Assembly (NCBI GenBank): GCA_004292595.1
Contig: RDXM01000106.1
Coordinates: 4,946-68,945 of the forward strand
Origin: Candidatus Kapaibacterium sp.
Lineage (GTDB): Bacteria > Bacteroidota > Ignavibacteria > Kapaibacteriales > UBA4661
Direction: 5' to 3'
Length of the DNA stretch: 64,000 nucleotides
The notes under the pieces are model-generated. The model was given only the letters and a program-made list of their open reading frames with translations, ran no database searches and had not been told where the DNA came from. The position numbers were made by a program, and so were the translations under genes. Shown piece by piece: positions 57,741 through 64,000 of the stretch (position 1 is the stretch's first letter; each line of letters begins with the position of its first letter).

Positions 57741-60275
57741 TTACTGAATCGCTGCATCAGCAAAGGTTAATGCTCCTACGCCGCGTGGCGTGGCAAGCCA
57801 GGGACCCTCATACACCGTGCAGGGCGCATTGTCGCTTGCTGCATAGCACTTCTCTGGAATATAGCTTATCGTTTTGGCTTGCTGTGCGCTGGCAAATTTC
57901 ACAAACACCATATTCTTCTCCGAGCGTACCGATACTGCTTTTGCGGGTTTTTCGTCCAATAAAAATCCATCCTGCGCCAAGCTGCGTATTTTTCCGCCAA
58001 TGCTTGTATCTGCGCCGCAAATGAGCGCGTCGTTTGTTGCAAAGGTAAGCGCGATTTCATTCCGCGAAGCATTTGTCCATGCGGCTTTCAGGAGACGTGG
58101 CGAGGAAATGCCGAGTGTATCGGGCGAGCGGTAAAAATCACGCGCAACGAGCGCGGAAAGCTGCTTGCCAAGCGCAATGTAGCCTGCATTGCCGTAATGA
58201 CAACCGTCGTGTGCGGGAATAGGCGCAGAGGCAGCGATGACTTCCACGTCGGCATAGCGCACAGGGAAGCGTCCTTGCGCATCGCGGAGGAGATGTTGCG
58301 TGGACTGCCCGCACGCGGAAGGGCGAATCTGCACAGCATAGATTTTCTGTAATGCTGGATAGTGTGCTTTCCACATTGTACGAAGCGAATCGAATTTTTC
58401 TGCGTATTTCGCGGCAACGTCTGCCTCGCCTTGATACCACATCATTCCTCTTGCAGCAGCTTTCATACCAGAATATTCCAGCATGATTTTTAGTTGTCCA
58501 CCGAGCGTGAACGGGTCGTTGGTGTCGTTTTTTGCAGAAGAGTAATGATTCTCAATCTTTGAACCGTTGAATGCACCATTGATGAGAGCAATCGGCACGG
58601 CAGAACGCTGTAAAAGGTTTTCCATGAGCGCACTAGCAAGCGTATTGCGCGTTGTGGGCGGCATTGTCCAAAATGTTTCGCTAGTATTGATACTGAAACT
58701 GCGCAAATACTCGCTTTCGTGTGCTGTGTATTCCGCGCCGAAAATAGCGTTGGATTGACCGCTAACCATAAAAGCATCGCCGCAAACGATGCTGTCCCGC
58801 ACTGCGAGCAGCGTGTCGCGCTGGGCATTTTTCACGCCGAGTTCAAAGCGGTAAAGTGCTTTTTCCGCATGGATATTGGTGCTGAGGGAAAAAGGTGCGC
58901 GGCGGACGCTATCGTTGATGTTTTCATAGCGAAGTGCCTCGGCGAAACGACGCATCAATACTGCATTTTTGAAGACCCGCACGTACACGGAATCGTAGCC
59001 TGTATGAGCGATTGTACCTTGAAGTGGCACTTGTGCAGAGTCATTTGTAGCGCGAGGATAGAATTGCAGATTGTGCGGGAATTTCCAATACTCAGGGTGC
59101 AGACAGAGCGTGGTTTTGGTGCGGAAATCAGTGTTGAGCATTTCTTTGAGGCTGGTAAATCCTTGCGCAAATGCGAGAATATTCGCCTCTGGAATGCCAA
59201 GAACTCCTGCCTTCTGAATGTCGTTCTGCCACGCCGTTTGACCTAACATCATTGTCGATAAACCACGAATAACAAACATTACTGCGTGCGAATGCACACT
59301 GACACCAAGCGAAACGCTCGAAACCGACAAATCAAGTAGCGACCCCATTTGGTTCGTGATGCTGACATCGCTTGGATTATCCGTAAAAAAAATATTACAA
59401 TCCTTGACAGCCTCCGCATATTGCGTATTGCGGAAATACGCTTCGGCACGAAATCCACGCGCCTTGATGTTGGAGGGGTCTTTTGCCAATACGTCCGTAA
59501 ACTGCTCAATGGCTTCCTGAAAGGCTTGTGTGCGAAGAGCGATAGACCCAAGCAATATTCGTTCTAACGGCTCATTTGGGCGCAACTGAATTTTCTTTTG
59601 AATGACTGCTTTTGCCTTATCGAATTTTTTTGTCAGAAGATAGACCTGTCCCAAGTTATGTAATGCGTTGTAATTATTAGGTTCTATCTGCAAAATTGCT
59701 TGTAAATCACCTTCCGCTTCCTGTGTGCGTCCTGTTTGTGTGTATAAAAAATTCCGCGCTTCGAGGGCAGGTAAATACTTTGGCTCAAGTTTCAGTGCTG
59801 TGTTGATGTGGTAGAATGCTTTTTCTATATTTCCTTTTTGCACGTACATCACCCCGCAGTTGTAGTGCGCGTCGGTATTTTTTGGAGTAATTTTCAAAAC
59901 ATATTCAAAATCGGCAATACTGGCATCGTGCCGTTTCAGGCGGAGATACGCCAGTCCACGCACAAAGTACGGTTGAGGATTTTTCTTGTTGAGGCTGATA
60001 GCCTTATCCATATCGCGCACACTGGCTTCGGGACGAGACAGTTCTAAATTCACCGCTGCACGACCAATAAGAACCATTTCATTCGTTGGTAAGGCTTGCA
60101 CCAACGTATTGAAGTCCTGCAATGCCTCTGCAAACTTTTGTTGTTGCATAAAAGCATTGGCACGCTCGTACAGAGCTTGTATTTGCTGATTACTGAGTTT
60201 TGGTGTTTGGGCAAGAGTCATCGCTGGTTGCCAGATAACACAACATACCAATAACAGAAGTATTCGTTGGTGCAT
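57741..60275 (-). CDS. secreted TPR-repeat protein fused to a sialate-O-acetylesterase-like (SASA/DUF303, SGNH) domain
   Basis: Signal peptide and at least 8 TPR motifs in the N-terminal half. The C-terminal half has a GQSN motif (FMVSGQSNAIFG) and other SASA-like blocks. Confidence 0.55.
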   Translation of the reverse strand: MHQRILLLLVCCVIWQPAMTLAQTPKLSNQQIQALYERANAFMQQQKFAEALQDFNTLVQALPTNEMVLIGRAAVNLELSRPEASVRDMDKAISLNKKNPQPYFVRGLAYLRLKRHDASIADFEYVLKITPKNTDAHYNCGVMYVQKGNIEKAFYHINTALKLEPKYLPALEARNFLYTQTGRTQEAEGDLQAILQIEPNNYNALHNLGQVYLLTKKFDKAKAVIQKKIQLRPNEPLERILLGSIALRTQAFQEAIEQFTDVLAKDPSNIKARGFRAEAYFRNTQYAEAVKDCNIFFTDNPSDVSITNQMGSLLDLSVSSVSLGVSVHSHAVMFVIRGLSTMMLGQTAWQNDIQKAGVLGIPEANILAFAQGFTSLKEMLNTDFRTKTTLCLHPEYWKFPHNLQFYPRATNDSAQVPLQGTIAHTGYDSVYVRVFKNAVLMRRFAEALRYENINDSVRRAPFSLSTNIHAEKALYRFELGVKNAQRDTLLAVRDSIVCGDAFMVSGQSNAIFGAEYTAHESEYLRSFSINTSETFWTMPPTTRNTLASALMENLLQRSAVPIALINGAFNGSKIENHYSSAKNDTNDPFTLGGQLKIMLEYSGMKAAARGMMWYQGEADVAAKYAEKFDSLRTMWKAHYPALQKIYAVQIRPSACGQSTQHLLRDAQGRFPVRYADVEVIAASAPIPAHDGCHYGNAGYIALGKQLSALVARDFYRSPDTLGISSPRLLKAAWTNASRNEIALTFATNDALICGADTSIGGKIRSLAQDGFLLDEKPAKAVSVRSEKNMVFVKFASAQQAKTISYIPEKCYAASDNAPCTVYEGPWLATPRGVGALTFADAAIQ

Positions 60276-60318
60276 GATGATGGATAATAAGGAAAGTTTT
60301 ACACGAAAAAACCTTTGT

Positions 60319-60436
60319 ACACGACAAAACTTATGAAAAGCGCGTAAAATCAGGCTTCAGTGGCACAGGCATTCTTGCCTGTGTTCATCGCTTGAACCTC
60401 GCACCAACACTCACAGACAAGAATGTCTGTGCCACT
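60319..60436. repeat. family 1 palindromic repeat copy with an extended left arm
   Basis: acacgacaaaacttatgaaaagcgcgtaaaatcaggCTTCAGTGGCACAGGCATTCTTGCCTGTGttcatcgcttgaacctcgcaccaacactCACAGACAAGAATGTCTGTGCCACt. Confidence 0.6.
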
Positions 60437-60496
60437 ATGGAAAAAATTTTGTCGCGTACTCGTATGACGACGTTGAAAAATTTGAATGGACAAGCG

Positions 60497-61402
60497 TTAA
60501 TTTTTACGACTTACGAAATAATCCCACGCTGCTTTTGCTACGTCGGCAATGATTTTTTCATTTGTTTTGAAATCTTCTTTGGAATTGGTCACAAAAACGC
60601 TGATGAAAAAATGTTGTCCGTTTGGTAAAAATACAATGCCAATATCGTTCACGGCGGCGGTGATGCCATCCTTGTTTGCGCCCGACCAGCCTGTTTTATG
60701 CGCAACAACGGTACCGCTTGGGAGCTGCCCTTTTAGCCTGTCCTTGCCTGTTTCTGTTTGCTTCATCACCTTCCAAATGAAGCTATGGCTTTTTGCGGAA
60801 AGAAATTTATTTTTATTGCCATAAAAACTTGCCAGCACGTGGTTTGCAGCTTTTGGTGTTGTCCAATTTTGAAACTGCAAATCCCAATTATTTTGCATTG
60901 TTTCTTCGTTGATTTTTATGGCAATATCGGTGAAATTATTTTTGGCAAAATAGCGTTCAACGACGTGCGGACCGCCCAGAAGCCTGAGCAGTGCATCGCA
61001 TCCAGCATTATCGCTTTGAGAAACCGTGTATTCAATAACTTCTGCAATGGTAAGGTTTGCTCCTTCGGGATATTTTTCCCTGATTGGGCTATACAGCCCT
61101 GGCAGCAAGTCTTTCCCTTTGATACTTATTTTTTGCTTCAATGAAAATTTCCCTCTGTCAATCTCCGACAGCAACGCCAGCGCAATGTGAAACTTGAACA
61201 CGCTTTGCATTGGGAAATGCTGTTCGCCGTTCAGAAAGAGCGTGTCTTTGCCATTCTTATCCATAATTGCAACGCCGACGGTTGCGTTTTTTGTTGCAAC
61301 GATAGTTTGTATTGTTTGGCGCAGCGCTTCGGTTGTTTGGGCAAATATTTGTGAAGTGCTACAAATGAGGAATAGTGCGGCGAGAGAGAGGGATTTGGTC
61401 AT
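60497..61402 (-). CDS. class A beta-lactamase
   Basis: Signal peptide MTKSLSLAALFLICSTSQIFAQ and the class A motifs SVFK (SxxK), SDN, E...N and KTG (AHKTGWSG). The ORF-track start at 61516 is an upstream extension. Confidence 0.75.
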   Translation of the reverse strand: MTKSLSLAALFLICSTSQIFAQTTEALRQTIQTIVATKNATVGVAIMDKNGKDTLFLNGEQHFPMQSVFKFHIALALLSEIDRGKFSLKQKISIKGKDLLPGLYSPIREKYPEGANLTIAEVIEYTVSQSDNAGCDALLRLLGGPHVVERYFAKNNFTDIAIKINEETMQNNWDLQFQNWTTPKAANHVLASFYGNKNKFLSAKSHSFIWKVMKQTETGKDRLKGQLPSGTVVAHKTGWSGANKDGITAAVNDIGIVFLPNGQHFFISVFVTNSKEDFKTNEKIIADVAKAAWDYFVSRKN

Positions 61403-61463
61403 GATGGAATGTCTGCAAGTGTAAAAGTTGCGGAAAATATTTTGACAATAGGCGAAACGGTCT

Positions 61464-61802
61464 TCACAAGAAAATCTCAAGGCAATCATTTTCGGTGCTG
61501 GTAAGAAAATCGGCAATACGAGAGCGATTCTTCAAAAGAATATCTGCCAACAAGGCTGTGGAGCAGTTTCCAACCCGCAGCCAAATTACTTTCGGAGGCG
61601 TTCCGTACTGCTGCCACAAGTAATGAAAATCTGCATCAAGCGTTACAACCGCATCAAAACTTGCTTCACGCGCAGCCATGAAGACAACGTAGTCATTCTC
61701 ATTTATTAAGCCAATATCCTTCACGTGCTGAACCTCTGGAAAGACAGTTTGTATGCGCCCTACAAGCCGATACGAGATATTTTGGTCGAGCAGAATTTTC
61801 AT
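61464..61802 (-). CDS. DUF5615-family PIN-like toxin
   Basis: MKILLDQNISYRLVGRIQTVFPEVQHV... matches the DUF5615 pattern. It overlaps the upstream DUF433 gene by 4 nt, in the typical operon arrangement. Confidence 0.55.
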   Translation of the reverse strand: MKILLDQNISYRLVGRIQTVFPEVQHVKDIGLINENDYVVFMAAREASFDAVVTLDADFHYLWQQYGTPPKVIWLRVGNCSTALLADILLKNRSRIADFLTSTENDCLEIFL

Positions 61803-62023
61803 GCTGCATACGCGATACGTTGCTGCTGGTTTGCGGCAAATTGCAAAGCAACCGTAATATCTTCGCGGGTAAGTTCAGGAAAATCCATCAAAATATCGTC
61901 AAAGGTCATGCCCGCAGCCAGCCAGCGAAGAATATCTTCCACTGTTATCCGCATCCCGCGAATACAGGGCTTTCCACCGCGTTTTCCTTCTTCGATGGTG
62001 ATGATGTTTTGGTAAAGAATCAT
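61799..62023 (-). CDS. DUF433-family antitoxin-like protein
   Basis: GKPCIRGMRITVEDILRWLAAGMTFDDILMDFPELTREDITVALQFAA matches the DUF433 signature. The upstream ATG at 62095 would overlap hicB. Confidence 0.55.
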   Translation of the reverse strand: MILYQNIITIEEGKRGGKPCIRGMRITVEDILRWLAAGMTFDDILMDFPELTREDITVALQFAANQQQRIAYAA

Positions 62024-62075
62024 AGTGTTGCCTCTTTGCTCGGTGAGAACATCAAATGAGAATAAAAGTATTGAT

Positions 62076-62351
62076 TTATGCGAGTTCTGGCACATTCACC
62101 GTAACGTGCGTGAGAATATCATCGGGCGAAAGTTCGAGTTCGCCGGAATGAAGGTGGTATTGCAGACTTTTGGGTTCGGGTATTTCGCCGCCCTCTTCAA
62201 GCGTATATTCTACCCATAGTGCAATCGCCTCTTGCATAAGCTGCAAGGTTTCATCTATGGTGTCGCCTGTCGCTATGCAAGCAACGTCATCTAAACAGTA
62301 TGCCGAATAGTTGTTTTCGGCACGTTCAATGACAATGAGAAAAGATGTCAT
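62076..62351 (-). CDS. hicB: HicB-family antitoxin
   Basis: UPF0150-like N-terminal domain (FLIVIERAENNYSAYCLDDVACIATGDTIDETLQLMQEAIALWVE), lying immediately downstream of hicA. Confidence 0.6.
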   Translation of the reverse strand: MTSFLIVIERAENNYSAYCLDDVACIATGDTIDETLQLMQEAIALWVEYTLEEGGEIPEPKSLQYHLHSGELELSPDDILTHVTVNVPELA

Positions 62352-62371
62352 ATATCCTCCAAGCGTTATCG

Positions 62372-62566
62372 TTACTTGAGTCCAGTTTGTTTATAGATTT
62401 GCTTTTCTGTCGGTTTAGGCATATCACCATTCTCTTTTCCCGCAACGACTGTTGTTTTGCCCGTAACAGGGTTCTTGAAAATCCGATGACTACCGTTCAT
62501 CCGCACAAGTTGCCAGCCGTTTGCCTCCAACTTGCGAATCATTTCTTTCACCTTGATTGCGCTCAT
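62372..62566 (-). CDS. hicA: HicA-family mRNA interferase toxin
   Basis: KVKEMIRKLEANGWQLVRMNGSHRIFKNPVTGKTTVV: a dsRBD-like YcfA/HicA fold with the catalytic His. Confidence 0.7.
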   Translation of the reverse strand: MSAIKVKEMIRKLEANGWQLVRMNGSHRIFKNPVTGKTTVVAGKENGDMPKPTEKQIYKQTGLK

Positions 62567-62572
62567 ACAACC

Positions 62573-64000
62573 TCACTCCGCATAATACTCCTGCAACGAC
62601 CGCACCCGCACTACATCCGACGCACGAACATTCTGCAAGCCCTTCAGCGAAGCCTGTGCTGCTGCCAGCGTCGTGATAAACGGCACTTTGAATTTCATCG
62701 CAGCCCGCCCCATGACTTGCTCGTCCACGCGAGAATTTTCGCCCTTTGGCGTATTGATAACGAGGTTGATAGAGCCTTGTTCGATATAATCAATGACGTT
62801 TGGGCTGCCTTCGTAGTATTTCAGCAGCGTGGAAGCAGGAACGCCGTGTTGTTTCAGCCACGCAGCCGTGCCGGAAGTGGCAAAAATTTCAAAGCCAAGT
62901 TCGTTATAGCCTTTGATGATTTGAGCCGTGCGCGAGGTTTTATCGCGGTCGCAGAGCGAGGCAAATATGCGCCCCGTGTCGGGGATATTGATGCCCGCAG
63001 AGATATTCGCTTTTATCATTGCCGCCGCAAAATCGCGGTCAATGCCCATCACTTCGCCTGTGGAGCGCATCTCGGGACCCAAGTAAATATCAGCCTTCGG
63101 GAACTTATTGAACGGAAACACCGATTCCTTAATCGCCACGCGGCTTGCCGAGAGAGAAAATTCCTCAATCGGTGGAACACCTGCATCGCCGAACTTTTTG
63201 CCCGTCATTACGTGCGTTGCAATTTGCGCAAGTGCCACACCACGCGCCTTCGAGACAAAAGGAACCGTCCGCGAAGCACGAGGATTGACTTCCAGCACAT
63301 ACAATTCATCTTCCTGCAAGGCAAATTGAATATTCATTAAGCCCACCACATTCAGTGCTTTCGCCAGTTTGCGGGTATATTCCACGATGCGGTCAAACTG
63401 CTCGTTGGTGATATTGTACGGCGGCAGTACGCATGACGAATCACCCGAATGCACACCCGCTTCTTCGATGTGCTGCATCACCGCACCAATAATGACGCGC
63501 TCTCCGTCGGAAACGGCATCAACATCGAACTCGTAGGCATTCTCCAAAAATTGGTCAATCAAAATCGGGCGCTCTGGCGAAACGTTGATGGCGCGGCTCA
63601 TGTACTCCCGCAAGGAATCATCGTGGTAGCAAATCTGCATTGAGCGTCCGCCAAGCACGTAGCTTGGGCGCACAAGCGCGGGATAACCAATCCGCGCGGC
63701 AATTTCCAACGCCTCTTCAACCGTAGTAGCCGTGCCGTATTTGGGGCAGGGAACGCCAATCTTGTCAATCAGCGCACCAAAGCGTTTGCGGTCTTCGGCA
63801 AGGTCAATACCTTCAGGCGATGTGCCTAAAATTTTGAAACCCGCTTCGTCAATCGCGTGGGCGAGTTTGAGCGGCGTTTGTCCGCCGAAGGTAACAATCA
63901 CGCCGTCCGGCTGCTCGTGTTCCAGCACGTTCAGCACATCTTCCAGCGTGAGCGGCTCGAAATAGAGTTTGTCGGTGATGTCGTAATCCGTCGAAACAGT
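62573..64000 (-). CDS. carB: carbamoyl-phosphate synthase large subunit, C-terminal part. The gene continues beyond the window end.
   Basis: A second ATP-grasp half (VIVTFGGQTPLKLA...GYPALVRPSYVLGGRSMQICY...LEVNPRASRTVPFVSKA) and a C-terminal MGS-like allosteric domain (FATSGTAAWLKQHGV). The frame is open to position 64000. Confidence 0.85.
   Translation of the reverse strand, partial: TVSTDYDITDKLYFEPLTLEDVLNVLEHEQPDGVIVTFGGQTPLKLAHAIDEAGFKILGTSPEGIDLAEDRKRFGALIDKIGVPCPKYGTATTVEEALEIAARIGYPALVRPSYVLGGRSMQICYHDDSLREYMSRAINVSPERPILIDQFLENAYEFDVDAVSDGERVIIGAVMQHIEEAGVHSGDSSCVLPPYNITNEQFDRIVEYTRKLAKALNVVGLMNIQFALQEDELYVLEVNPRASRTVPFVSKARGVALAQIATHVMTGKKFGDAGVPPIEEFSLSASRVAIKESVFPFNKFPKADIYLGPEMRSTGEVMGIDRDFAAAMIKANISAGINIPDTGRIFASLCDRDKTSRTAQIIKGYNELGFEIFATSGTAAWLKQHGVPASTLLKYYEGSPNVIDYIEQGSINLVINTPKGENSRVDEQVMGRAAMKFKVPFITTLAAAQASLKGLQNVRASDVVRVRSLQEYYAE

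Noticed and set aside
9059-60436. The possibility that the recurring GTGGCACAG... repeats form a CRISPR array
   Set aside because: The copies are tens of kb apart, are long nested palindromes with variable cores, and are not regularly spaced with unique spacers. No cas genes are present. They are MITE/REP-like.
1-64000. tRNA or rRNA genes
   Set aside because: No cloverleaf-like or rRNA-like conserved segments were recognised by eye. Every sizeable gap is occupied by palindromic repeats or AT-rich leaders. A tRNAscan or Infernal run would be needed to be certain.

Overview
This is a 64-kb chromosomal window from a bacterium of the FCB group (Bacteroidota / Chlorobi-Ignavibacteria-like). The evidence is several cargo proteins with type IX secretion (T9SS) C-terminal sorting domains, a SusC/SusD outer-membrane pair, a Bacteroidetes-type class A beta-lactamase and roughly 50% GC. 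About 45 genes are present, mixing housekeeping functions (purF, purE, cmk, ilvE, coaE, nadK, uvrA, rluB, rodA, lon, carB) with accessory functions.

The most notable feature is a compact IS200/IS605-like element (about 4850-6560) that carries only an IscB gene. IscB is an RNA-guided nuclease of the OMEGA class and the ancestor of Cas9. All IscB domain motifs are recognisable, and a 250-nt structured leader immediately upstream is a plausible omega-RNA.

The window is also unusually dense in small palindromic repeats resembling MITEs (miniature inverted-repeat transposable elements) or REP elements. Family 1 has ends GTGGCACAGNCATTCTTGNCTGTG and occurs as 7 full and 1 partial copies. One copy lies in frame inside the propeptide of a secreted S8 protease. 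Family 2 has ends GGTAACTGGTCAGGTC and family 3 has ends GACTTTCGCAAA. Several further long hairpin elements are present.

Other points of interest:
- A cluster of toxin-antitoxin genes (hicAB plus a DUF433/DUF5615 pair) sits next to a chromosomal class A beta-lactamase.
- A MazF-like toxin is followed, rather than preceded, by a ribbon-helix-helix (RHH) protein.
- Two pairs of paralogous secreted coiled-coil proteins are present.
- The uvrA and rluB genes carry lysine-rich tails built from tandem repeats.
- A conserved neighbourhood of an FAD oxidoreductase, a GT2 glycosyltransferase and a DUF547 protein is present.

No rRNA, tRNA or CRISPR array was recognised.
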